Source: Antedon mediterranea (taxonomy: Eukaryota; Animalia; Echinodermata). From it: DNA of 64,000 nucleotides. The stretch covers positions 20,333,648-20,397,647 of the forward strand of contig NC_092673.1 of NCBI RefSeq assembly GCF_964355755.1. Reading direction: 5' to 3'. Position 1 is the first letter of the stretch; every line of letters starts with the position of its first letter. A model generated the notes under the pieces. It saw only the letters and a program-made list of their open reading frames with translations. It made no database searches and had not been told where the DNA came from. The position numbers and the translations under genes are program-made. This document shows, piece after piece, positions 12,277 to 25,100 of the stretch.

Positions 12277-13718
12277 TACGTGAATTTTCCCAAACTCTCT
12301 AATTAACAATTCTTCACCAGTATGCTCAATTATTATCCAATAATCTATCAGGAAAAGTTTAAAATTATAAGAGTACTTTGTGTAGTTAGTCTTAAGGTAG
12401 CAAAATACACTCGATTTTTGTCTACAGCCAGAAAAAAAGAAATGCATTGAAACGCATGTGACGACAATAATGAGTTTGTTTTTCGTGGTATAATAATGAT
12501 TCTATTCCATTCATATTAAATAAATATTAAATAAGACTAGGACATTTCTAGAATTGAAAACTGTAATAATATCATAACACCATTGTGTGAAATATTGATT
12601 ATAACAACAACCATACACTGTTTAAACAGGGAGGCTGGAAACACGGCTAAAGTTTCGTCCACAAACGTTTCGAACCATAGAAACAATGTCTTTCGGAAGT
12701 TATGCGATTACTAAATCAATACCAACAAGTGAACCAAACCTAATTTCTTGGCACAAAACTGTACCGATAGTAGGCCTACAGTTTAATAACCAGAGGCGGA
12801 TCCAACATTTGAAATAGAAGGTGGAGTGGGAGTTCTCAGATGTATTTGAGTTACAGGCCTCCTATAGTAAAGCCTGTTTATCCCCCGCCTAAAACCCGCG
12901 CCTGAACTAAATTCTAAGCCTAACGTCACAGGTTAATGTTTAGAACCAACCCTTAGCTTAGTTCTCGGTCCCGCACTAGGACGCAACGACGTATGCGCAA
13001 CGCAAATGATTCATCGCGTCGTGATTGGTCAAATTACTTGCAACAAAAAGACGTATGTAGTAAGCGAATGAGGTGGATCCATGATTGTTTTTGAGCGATA
13101 CATAGGCATATACACAATCTGTTAAATATAACAAAGTAAAATTAAAAGTTAAAAAAGTCATTAGTAAAAGCAAGGAGAGCTCCACGCCTCTGGATCCACC
13201 ACTGATATATTTAAATCTTCCCCATCCCCACTCTACCTATTAGGCCTATCCCAACCGGATCGATGAAACTGAATGAACAAAATAGTGCATAGTTACATAC
13301 AAGAATGTCATTACACAATTCTGAATTAATTACGCCATCGGTATACTTCCGACGATGCCTGGATACATTTAAAACATTTCCGTCTACTGTTGTGGCGTAA
13401 TTGCGGTCATGACGTTTCATAGCCGAGTTTAAATTATTTATTTTTAAAGTGTGTAAGAATTAGTCTGATTCTACAATTCAGATGTATAATTAGCCTACAT
13501 ACACACAATATTGCACAGAATTGAAAAACACAATAAACACAGTTATATTTACGTACTTATAAAACAGCATAGAAATATATTTAAACTGAATAACCCGTAT
13601 TTACTTTCGAATTCTTCATGCAAACAATATATACCTATTAGTATAATTGTTGAATTAACAGAAATATTCTTGTCAATGTTCTAATAAAGGAAAAATGTAG
13701 TAGGCATATTTTGTCTTA

Positions 13719-13898
13719 AGGCCAATTTACACAGACGAGCGGTAACGGTAAGCGGAAAACCGGCGTGTAGCTTGTCCCAGGTAGAATGGGGGGGGGGGGG
13801 GGGCTGACACGTCCACTCCGCGTTTTGTGTAGGACGTCATGAATAGAATAGATTGTATATTTTTATTAACGTAACCGCTCGTCTGTTTAAATTGGCCT
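13719..13898. mobile_element. PIF/Harbinger-type MITE family B (related copy at 30995-31308)
   Basis: TIR AGGCCAATTTACACAGACGAGCGGT with a TTA TSD on both sides. Confidence 0.75.
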
Positions 13899-13944
13899 TT
13901 AAGGTGTCCTTTTTGGAAATTGTAAACTCTTCATATCATAACAC

Positions 13945-14085
13945 ATTCTGTATTTACTGATGAAGGGTCTAGTGTTGCCCGAAAAATAATTGTTCTGGCT
14001 GTTTTACTTTATCGTTTTGATTTAGCTTTTTGCTTATTTTATTTAGTATTTCTATTGAGATCCAGCCATTGATACCCACATCATT
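13945..14085 (+). mobile_element. Penelope-like terminal-repeat fragment with a degenerate hammerhead core
   Basis: CTGATGA-AGGG...CCC-GAAA followed by a T-rich tract and GAGATCCAGCCATTGATAC. The downstream part recurs inverted at about 43785-43865. Confidence 0.45.
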
Positions 14086-16153
14086 GTCATTTGTTCAGTA
14101 ATTTCCATTTAGATTTAAATTTATATATCTATAAAACGAAGAAATTTAGAATAATTATTAATGAACGAAAAAAAACACCTGAATGAAAACAAAATGGATA
14201 AATGAAGGAATAATAAAAATAAATAAAAATAATGAATAACAAAAGGAATAAATGGATAAAATGTTACAGAAAACAAAGAATTCACAAAAAGGAGAGAATT
14301 ATTGAGAAATTTATAATTTCAAATTATTCAGACAAGTAGGCACTTGATTCAAAATCCCGCAGAGTGCTTTTATATTCAAGTAGCTGATGCACGCAATTCA
14401 TGAGACGTTCATTTTAAGTCAATTACGTTTTAAAAAGTTTAAATAACATTCAAGTTCCGGCGACCGTGCAATCAATAATTGTATTATCATGCTATGTAAA
14501 CTACGTGTATATTTTATGATCTATGAAATTAGAGAGTTATTTCATATCAAAGAAAGATGTTGTTTACATAGTGTATGGTTTATCATTCAATATATGTTCA
14601 AGAACTTGACACAATTATACAAACACGGGATTAGTATTATATATTGTATAGCGCACGGATAAAATGCTACAATCGACTTGGACAAGTTTTGAAAAAAGAA
14701 AACTGACTAAATAAAAAGCAAACTTAGATTTTATGATCTCATTTAGTAACTTAAACGTGTTTCTATATTGCTTAAGCTCTAATAATGATATAATCGTGTA
14801 TAACGGAAACAATTTATTTATTTAACAACATCTTTATACAGGATTACACAATCAGGTTAAAAAAAACCTAGTTTGCATTGTGGTCCTGTCTTAAACACAG
14901 TATAACAAAATTTGAATTGAAACAATTTTTTCCGTTTAAAACGCCGTTTTATTGACAACTGTACAGGGTGTAGTAGATACAGTATATCAGACAAAAAAAT
15001 ACTGATGTCAATATTCAGTGATCGTAGACGGTAAATTAGTTAATTAGCCAAGGTCGTAATTAAAGTATAGCAAAGACGATGCTGGATAAACTACACGACA
15101 TGTCTCTCTGTTTGACCACGACTATTAAATACATAATTTCTGAATACAATTAGCTTATGTTTTCCATAGTGGGAAGGAACGCAGTAGGAAATCATCAGTG
15201 ACACCAGGAGCGTAAAAACGTTGATAAAATGGTATCAATTTCACACCCGGACGCGCGCGCGTTAATTGTGGTGTCACTATGGTAACTATAATATTTGTTT
15301 GATAAGAAGATTTTATTGATACCATCAATGCATCAACGATGTTTTTGTAAATTTCGAAGGATCATTTAATTGGGTACTCAAAATAAATGTTTCGCCAATA
15401 AACTATTCAGAGACCAATTTGTTTGCTATTTTTGTCTTGACACGTTACATTATGTGAAAAGTTTGATTGATTCAAATAATTGTTTATTACCTTTTATTTT
15501 AAATAAATAAAGCGTGTTTTAAACAATTCATGCTAAATCTGAATAATTTTATGAGAAAAAACGATAATTAAACAGAAATTTGAATTAACACAGTGCGTTC
15601 AAATCCGTCATTCATTTGCTCTCTCGCGAGAGAAAGTCAATTAATTGAGGTAAGTTGAAGACACGTTGAACATACTTAATGCTATACTGCAGAAAAACTT
15701 TATTTTAATTATACGCACTATGTGGTGAAAATATAAAATACTAGACAAAGAAATAATATACAGTATTTAAAATTAAGATCTCCCGATATATAATGGGGCT
15801 ATACCTTTCAAATAAATTTTCTCGGTATATTATTACAGAGGAACAAAACGAATAAGAAACGATAATATGCATTGTTAACGACTCTTTTAAAGACATAACG
15901 ACATTTTAAGCGCGCGCGTTCAAATGATGATAATCAGGGTACGGTTTATGCACGCGCTCTTTTTGTCGTTGCTTTGATACGCTGATTAACAGTAGATTTC
16001 TTATTTATATTTAATTATATTTTACAAGCGCACAGAAAAAGTATCTTATCAATACTCATCAATTTACAGAAAAAATTAAGTGAATAACTTAGGCCTAGCC
16101 ATGATGCCCATTAATTTCGCAAAAGTTGTAACGGACCAAGAAAATCAACTTAC

Positions 16154-16285
16154 CCGTGTGGATATGATTAAACCTTGTGGTTCCTCGTCTTTAATTCGAC
16201 TACTGAAACTTGCAGGTCTGCCTGTCCTTTTATACCACACCGCTAAGCAAGCATGAACAAATGACTAAAGATAACACGTGACCTA
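16154..16285 (-). promoter_or_regulatory. Candidate Pol II core promoter and non-coding first exon, probably of the neuropeptide gene
   Basis: On the minus strand, TATAAAAG (16234-16227) lies 30 nt before an Inr TTCAGT (A at 16204). A ~50-nt exon ends in CGG|GTAAGT at 16154. An E-box CACGTG lies upstream. Confidence 0.6.
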
Positions 16286-18026
16286 ACAATTCCATCAAGT
16301 ATCGATATAATTTCATATGCACGTTAATAAACTCTGGGAGTAAGTATGTCCTATCGATAATGACAAATCAGTTTTAAGTACTTAAAATTATAACGCCGCA
16401 GGATCTATAATAATACGCATTTTATCCTTAATGTTGATGCGTGGACAATGGAATGTTGCGCAAAATGCAAAATCTGGTGGTTGTTAGTCGCGACGACAGT
16501 ATTCGTGTATAATGTCAATGAATAGACGTTGCCTTGAAAATTGAAACAAAAATCTATGATTTTATGTAAGTGTCAAAAAAGAAAGAAAAATCAATCGAAG
16601 TTATTAACTTTAAAACGGTTGACGACATGATGTAATTAACTAACAACACATCCCGAGGTTCAAATTGACAGATTGTATTACACAGAGTGCATAGAATGTA
16701 GAGTCGCATGCAGGCTTCATATGAGAAGAGAATGAAGACAAAACAGCGCTGGTAAAATGAAATCTGGGAATTGAAGTTCGGGGTGGCCCTATTCCATGGC
16801 AGCTCATTAATAATAACAATAATAAATAATGGAAATTAATAAAATTAGAATTTGAACAAGGTGCTAACATGGTAATTATTCAGGGAAGAGCACCCTGTAA
16901 TCACGGAGGTATAAATAAAAATTAACAAATTATTTGTAATAATACAGAGATGGCTTTGGAAAAGATACTGCCGTACTGACGTGTCGTCTTTCGGATAGGA
17001 CGTTAAGCCGACAAATAATTAGTAATATACGGTAAGAGCATCAGCATCTAGTGTGATGATTATAAATGTAGGCCTACGGTACGTATTTAAAAATGTATAT
17101 AAACTAACAATGCATGATTATTATTAGCATATTATTATATACTAGTTTTAATTAGGAAATAAGGTAAAATAAATTATTCAATGCATCTACAATTATTTTA
17201 GTGCGTTTAGTGTTATTTTCTTTCCTTCATAACAACATAATTAATGTAAATAAATTAACATTGATTATTGTTTAATACGTTTTCATTTGTGAGTACATGT
17301 AGGCTACATTATTAATGCAATTAAAATCATTTTAGTGCATTCATTGTTATATTTATTATCAAGTTATGGAATTTCATATTTTTAAAATATTCAAATAATT
17401 AAGTAAACGAATAAATATTCATATGAAAGAGGTATTTACCGATTTCTCCCTATAGCATATCTGTCTACGCACGCAACCACCATAAATGAGTTATTCAATA
17501 TTGTGTAGGGGATGATAGTTTATGTTGTCAATCACTGATCCCTTCTGACAGATTTACAAGCCTACTCCTAATCTCTGTCTAAACTATCAAACTACTTTGA
17601 CAAAAAGTGTGACGTCCGCGCCCGCCCAAATATGGTAGTATTATGTCATGGTATGGTACTGATATGACATCATCGTGTCCATATGGGAACATCACATTTT
17701 TGAGTTACATAAAGTTTGATAGTGTAGACAGTGCTTTACAGAAATGCGTGTAAGCTCAAAAAATTAAAAAATAATTTTTACCTTTAGGCCCTATTTAGCA
17801 TTGTAAAAATGATAACAGCCAGAATCGTGTTTCACAAGGTTCAAGGCAAAGCGAGTTTTTTTCGACGACTAGACCTCAGTGGATCTAACGTTACGGATCA
17901 TTGTGAGTGCATTGTCACACTTTGTGAAATAACTTTGTGATAATACCTGTTAATAATAACATGTTAATAATGGTCGCACCTTTTTACTCGATTCCTCAAT
18001 ATACAGTTGTTGCCGATTCATCTTAA

Positions 18027-18365
18027 TGCTTGGTTCCCACTGGAGACGCAACGCAAGGACGTAACGCGACGTAAAGCTTGGTTCCCACTAGAACGTAACG
18101 CAAGGACGTAAACGCAACGCAAGCGTTTTAACCAATGACAAGCGAAGTTATAGACAGTTAGCATTCACAAGCGAATAAGCCATCGTTTGTGATTGGTCAA
18201 TTCACTTGCGTTGCGTTACGTCCTTGCGTTGCGTCGCTAGTGGGAACCACGCTTAAGTGATTTGGCAAATCACAAGCGATGGATCATTCGAACATTCGCT
18301 TGTCATTGGTCAACTTACTTGCGTTGCGCTTACGTCCTTGCGTTGCGTCCTAGTGGGAACCTACA
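18027..18365. mobile_element. Harbinger-type MITE family C: a young 179-bp copy (18075-18253) nested in an older copy of the same family
   Basis: TIR AGCTTGGTTCCCACTAG...CTAGTGGGAACCA(A/C)GCT, with a TAA TSD around the inner copy. Confidence 0.85.
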
Positions 18366-18879
18366 TAAACATGTTGAACATAATAGTGACAAGTCGACTG
18401 CTAAACGAGTGGAGGAAAAAAACATCTAGCTACTATAAACACGTTTATGTTTTAAACACGCTAAACATGTAAAGACGTGTTTAAAAGCTCCACACTGTTT
18501 TTACAGTGTAAATCATATATCTGCAGGAAATGTAACTCGAAATGTTGCCTGTGAAAAAGTTATTAAGAAGTTCGGTCATAACAGATCAACAATTGGCATA
18601 CTATATTTATAACGGCGAACACAATAATACACAGCGAAATATTAATGTCTGAAAACGGCATGTATGAATAATTTATTTTACACTTTTATTGTAGTAAAAT
18701 AAAAGGCCTAATTGGTCGATTTTCATACTTTTCGTCCTTTTTAATCAAATATGAATGAAAGAAATAAATGTTTATTTGAATTTGAATTTGAATTTTAATG
18801 AAACAAATGTTGGTGCGTTTTTTATACTGTAACAAATTGCACAGAAACTGAGGCTTTACGGTATATTATGCATCGCTAA

Positions 18880-19058
18880 AGCTTGGTTCCCACTAGAACG
18901 TAACGCAAGGACGTAAACGCAACGCAAGCGTTTTAACCAATGACAAGCGAAGTTATAGACAGTTAGCAATCACAAACAAATAAGCCATCGCTTGTGATTG
19001 GTCAATTCACTTGCGTTGCGTTACGTCCTTGTGTTGCGTCGCTAGTGGGAACCACGCT
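18880..19058 (+). mobile_element. MITE family C, full 179-bp copy. A near-identical inverted copy is at 61062-61240, and older copies are at about 12950-13050, 19600-19852, 58230-58305, 59712-59870 and 62660-62815
   Basis: TAA TSD and near identity to 18075-18253. Confidence 0.85.
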
Positions 19059-19178
19059 TAAGTGTTCATTACAACATTTTATTATGGAATATTCAGAGAT
19101 ATAAAAGAATATGGAAATATGCAATAAAGATGTTACAACATGTACTTCTGGATTGATAGTCTGGCTGCATTTGACCAT

Positions 19179-22100
19179 TCAGGTGTATTTTTTCTCTGGT
19201 GCTACGAGAAATACTTTCTGAAAAAACGATGAAAACTTGGCTGCAAAAAATAAAAAAGGAATAATTCCAGTTTATTATGTCATTTATATATAATCATATT
19301 TAAATTTCTATATCAATTATTTGCGACTACTTAGACCTAATAAATATTGTGTTGCGAATATTGTGGTGTTGGTTGCCGCCTAGATATACGTCAAAACTGT
19401 TAAAAAAAAATCTAATGCGCACATTTAATTAAGGATGATCTATTGCACATTCAAATATGAATCAATAATAACAGGTCTACCTATATTTAAAATAAAATCG
19501 ATTGAGGGTGGGGGAAGGATATAGTGATGTTTACTGGCGAAAAGATCGGAATCGCGATTTTGCTGATATAAACAGGTTTTCTAAACGATGATTTAGCCTA
19601 ATCCTTGGTTCTTCCCACTAGAGACGCAACACACAAGGGCGTAAACGCGTCTCTAGTGGGAATCAAGCATTAAGGTTGGTTATCCATTTGGACGTACGAC
19701 GACATAGGAACAACGCAATGACGTATGTACAACCCAACGATATATGAGCAACGAATTGACGTAGACACAACGCATTTGGTTCGGATGATTCATCGATCGC
19801 GTCGTAATTGGTCAAATTGCTCTTGCGTTGCGTCCAAGTGGAAACCAAGCTTTAAATACGTCATTCGTATCAGAGAATTGTGAAATTACATTAAATTCAC
19901 TCTTCTCTATTCAAATTAACTTACCAACACATAATTCCATATATCTAGGTAATCTTGGTGGTTTTATGAGTAGAAAGTAGACAGGTACACCGGTACATGT
20001 TATAGCTACACCTATGGCGGTGTCCATTGGAGCATTAATGGCACCAAGAACAACCAGTATAAAGCAGGATATTACAAACACTATTGGCAGAGCAATGTTT
20101 ACCTGAAAATGTATAATAAATGAATGTATATTATCATCAGGCATTTACTTCAAACAATGGACTGGCTTTAAAGTACATTTGTTGTATTCGATTGGGAACT
20201 TCCTGTCAACATAAAAATTAGTTGAGTATTTTTGTATTCTCGAATGGTGAATTGTCACAATTCACTATTCGGGAATACAAAAGTACTCAACTAACGGATT
20301 GTTCTCAACAACAGAACATCATTTGAATGGAGAACGTCAAACAAGCGCTGAGAACGATTAGACAAGTTCTATTTCCTCTGAAATATGATGTAAGAAGCAT
20401 TTTTGGGTAGAAGCTGGGATCCACTTGATTTAGGATATTTCGACCTCGCTGATTACGAATATGGCGGATCCCAAGCGAAATTCGGCCATCTAAGCCCTTA
20501 ATTTGCATAATTAAAAATGGCGGCCATTTTTTATAATTACCCTATATCTCGAGAACCACTAGTCACAGATAATTAATTTTGGTGTCAAAATGTTTTAAAT
20601 ATATGTTTTTATATTCACTTTAATGACACATTTTCTCAAAAAATTGATGCAAGTCGTATTTCTGACATTTTGACCTTTGACCTTGATTTATCGTATCTCA
20701 GTAACCAATAATCGGAGAGACACGAAATAGGGCTCAAATTGTTCAGAAACTATACATTCTTATTTATTATAATGAAATGTTTTTACAAAAAATGGCCGAT
20801 TCTACAACTATTGACCTTTGAACTATTAGTCAAATATAATAATATAATAATAATATAACTTTGAAAATTGTGGTCTTATGAATTTTTTTTTCTTTTTAAA
20901 TTGTTTAAAACATGTGTGTTTCTATACAGTCTAATGGCACATTTTGTACAAGAATGGCCGATAGTATGGTTATTGACCTTTAAACTACAGCATAGGCCTA
21001 CTGTATACTGAATATAATATAATATAATTGCATAACTATGAAATTATTTATACTCAATAATAATTAGTAAAATTATAAAATTCACTGCCATCAAATATGA
21101 TGTGTTATGATTTATATAGATTTAAAAAAAAATTGAACACGCAAGTTACATTTGTTGAAATTTAAAATTACCTGCCATCAATATGATGGAGTATGATTAT
21201 AGATTTTTTAAAATGTGAACATGTCAGCTACATTTGGAAATTACCTGCCATCAATATGATGGATTATGATTATAGATTTAAAAAAGAATTTGAACACATA
21301 AGCTACATTAGAAAATTACCTGCCATCAATATGATGGATTATGATTATAGATTTAAAAAAGGATTTGAACACGTCAGCTACATTTGGAAATTACCTGCCA
21401 TCAATATGATGGATTATGATTGTATAGTACCAGCCATCAATATGATGGATTATGATTATAGAATTAAAAAAGAATTTGAACACGTCAGCCACATTTGGAA
21501 ATTTGGAAATTACCTGCCATCAATATGATGGATTATAATTGTATAGGTTTGAAAGAATAGTGAACACGTAAGCTACATTGGGAATGAACATGTTAAGGGC
21601 ATCAGTTTTGATCATTCATGCAAAGGTTTCCGTCATCTTTAGCGTTGTTACAGTAGCATATTAAAGCTGTACATGGTAGTTTTGACTTTTTGCACCTACA
21701 TCTATATGGTTATGCATCGTGTCTTGCATCCACAATAAATCATCTCTAACGAAGCAGTAGGAATAGCTTCATTTTTCAGAAGCACTGGTTGAAGTTTACC
21801 ATTAGATAGCTCCCAACCAAAATATGTTGGTGATGGCAAATGCTGGATTGGCGATACAGCTTTTTTCAATACGAGTGCTTGGAAGTGTGCTCTTTTTATA
21901 TGATGCTGGTGCACTGCATCGCTTGTTGGAGGTAATTTTTTTTTTTTTAAACATGGCATGCCTAACTTAAAACTGTCGATAAAGGACACCATCAGACAAA
22001 GATGAACCAAAACACAGAGACCAATTCGTCGAATTATAGAAAGTGGTGAAATACCGCTGCCAAATTGCTGGTCAAACTTGTTGGCATTACAAGATAATAA

Positions 22101-25100
22101 TGCAGATCTGACACGATTTCTATCAGAGGAGTTGATTCGTCAAGCTCCTATAGACAAAGAAATTGTCACAGCTGGTGGATTTATGAAAGAATCAGTTGTT
22201 AAATCATCAAAATTGTACACGAATACGTTGTCTCTGGTCAGACCATGAAGAATCGGACACGAGACTTGTCATGCTGCCAATGTCCGATACGACACAGTTG
22301 TAGTTGCTTCTAGGGATACAGACGTACTAGTGATTCTAGTGTCTCACTACCAAAGCATGGTATCCAAATGGATGATGACAGGGACATCCAAAAAAAGAAA
22401 GTATCTATAAAAGACATTTTTCAAGCCTTGCCCGAGGGTTCTGCAAAAGCACTGATTCCATTCCACACTATTAGTGGATGCGATACTACCTCATATCCAG
22501 GGAAGAGTTAAATTATATTAATACATACATACAGTAATTTAACTCTTCACTGCTCATATCTAAGTGGTCACTCAAAGGCATCGGCATGGGAAGTATTAAA
22601 AAAAGGTATGAACTAATTAAAGACCTGGGAGAAAACCTATCAGTGACCAAGTTATTATGAAATCGGAAAGATTCATTTGCTACGTTTACGGTGTTGGTCA
22701 AGTTAAAAGTACCAATAAAGTTAGGCTTTAAAAAAAAAAGGCATTACCTCCAACAAGCGATGCAGTGCACCAACATATAAAAAGAGCACACTTCCAAGCA
22801 CTCGTATGGAAAAAAGCTGTATCGCCAATCCAGCATTTGCCATCACCAACATATTTTGGTTGGGAGCTATCTAATGGTAAACTTCAACCAGTGCTTCTGA
22901 AAAATGAAGCTATTCCTACTGCTTCGTTAGAGATGATTTATTGTGGATGCAAGACACGATACATAACCTGCCAATAGATGTAGGTGCAAGAAGTCAAAAC
23001 TACCATGTACAGCTTTATGCCGCTGTAACAACGCTAAAGATGACGGAAACCTTTGCATGAATGATCTTAACTGATGCCCTTAACATGTTCATTCCAAATG
23101 TAGCTTACGTACGTGTTCACATTTTCTTTTAAATCTATACAATCATAATCCATCATATTGATGGCAAGTAATTTTCAAATGTAGCTTACGTGTTCAAATT
23201 CTTTTTTAAATCTATAATCATAATCCATCATATTGATGGCAGGTACTATACAATCATAATCCATCATATTGATGGCAGGTAATTTCCAAATTTCCAAATG
23301 TAGCTTACGTGTTCAAATTCTTTTTAAAATCTATAATCATAATCCATCATATTGATGGCAGGTAATTTCCCAATTTCCAAATGTAGCTGACGTGTTCAAA
23401 TTCTTTTTTAATTCTATAATCATAATCCATCATATTGATGGCAGGTACTATACAATCATAATCCATCATATTGATGGCAGGTAATTTCCAAATTTCCAAA
23501 TGTAGCTGACGTGTTCAAATTCTTTTTTAAATCTATAATCATAATCCATCATATTGATAGCAGGTAATTTTCTAATGTAGGTTACGTGTTCAAATTTTTA
23601 TTTAAATCTATAATCATAATCCATCATATTGATGGCAGGTAATTTCCAAATGTAGCTGACATGTTCACATTTTAGAAAATCTATAAGCACACTCCATCAT
23701 ATTGATGGCAGGTAATTTCAAATTTCAAATTTCAAAAAATGTAACTTGCGTATTCAAATTCCTTTTTAAATCTATATAAATCATAACACATCATATTTGA
23801 TGGCAGTGAATTTTATAATGTTACTAATTATTATTGTGTATAAATAATTTCATAGTTATGCAATTATATTATATTTAGTATACAGTAGGCCTATGCTGTA
23901 GTTAAAAGGTCAATAACCATACTATCGGCCATTCTTGTACAAAATATGCCATTAGACTGGATAGAAACACACATGTTTTAAACAATTTAAAAAGAAAAAA
24001 AAATTCATAAGACCACAATTTTCAAAGTTATATTATTATTATATTATTATATTTGACTAATAGTTCAAAGGTCAATAGTTGTAGAATCGGCCATTTTTTG
24101 TAAAAACATTTCATTATAATAAATATGAATGTATAGTTTCTGAACAATTTGAGCCCTATTTCGTGTCTCTCCGATTATTGGTTACTGAGATACGATAAAT
24201 CAAGGTCAAAGGTCAAAATGTCAGAAATACGACTTGCATCAATTTTTTGAGAAAATGTGTCATTAAAGTGAATATAAAACCATATATTTAAAACATTTTG
24301 ACACCAAAATTAATTATCTGTGACTAGTGGTTCTCGAGATATAGGGTAATTATAAAAAATGGCCGCCATTTTTAATTATGCAAATTAAGGGCTTAGATGG
24401 CCGAATTTCGCTTGGGATCCGCCATATTCGTAATCAGCGAGGTCGAAATATCCTAAACCAAGTGGATCCCAGCTTCTACCCAAAAATGCTTCTTGATTCG
24501 TTTTCTAGGCCGTTTTTTGAGAAATGGAACCTGTCTAGATCTCCTCGGCGCTCAAAATACTCAGTTGAAACGGAACGAAAAAACTGTACTCAACGGTAAA
24601 TTCCCAATCGAATACAACAATTATTACCTATAATATTTTCGTTCCAGATAAATACGAAAGCCTATTTGTGCTATCAAAATAAGTAGTAAGTCTAAATTTC
24701 GACATGGTAAATTATACTCCAGTGGCACGAATAGGTTTTCGAAGTAAAAGAAAAGAATAATTCAATAAGTATATGTTGACATTTTTACTGGTAGGCCTAC
24801 TACAAACGAGTCTTACTTTGTATGGTTTTTCCATTTCTGGTCGTTTCCATCTAAGATACAACAACCCCAACACAGACATGCCAGCAGCGGTCCAGGTAAC
24901 AAAGTTAAAGTAGTTTATTAACTGGAAAACGTCTTTGACAAACACGTACACTAACGACAGCAAGCTCTGAAATTAACACAAACGTGCATCCGTTTAGGGT
25001 CTAGTTAGGCCTATTTATATCGTGATAAGTTGACTTCTTGGGCACAGCCATCATCGCTAACCTTGGTGAGTAAGAATTAACTTACCAGGGAAAACAGCCT

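Larger units (their letters stand above)
8643..12299. mobile_element. Harbinger-like MITE (TIR AGTTTGGG...CGTATACG) whose right TIR is interrupted by the Academ element
   Basis: The left end AGTTTGGGCAACCTCCGTATACGTATACGTAT pairs with the reconstructed empty right end ATACGTATGCGCGTATAC|GTGAATTTTCCCAAACT. Flanks are TAA-like. Confidence 0.55.
20179..24620. mobile_element. Short non-autonomous TIR element (TTGTTGTATTCGATTGGGAA...TTCCCAATCGAATACAACAA) split by the Academ insertion. It contains a 75-bp hairpin at 20219-20293
   Basis: A 20-bp perfect inverted repeat flanks the Academ element. Removing the Academ element leaves about 260 bp. Confidence 0.65.

Noticed and set aside
13788-13803. 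Poly-G run (and the poly-C run near 54186) as a G-quadruplex element
   Set aside because: These are simple homopolymers inside mobile elements, with unreliable length.
14900-16050. Region with GCGCGC words and AT-rich blocks suggesting a DNA transposon
   Set aside because: I could not define TIRs, a TSD or a second copy by eye.
21193-21528. 111-aa repetitive ORF ([11 protein letters not shown])
   Set aside because: It is read-through of the minisatellite in the Academ arm.
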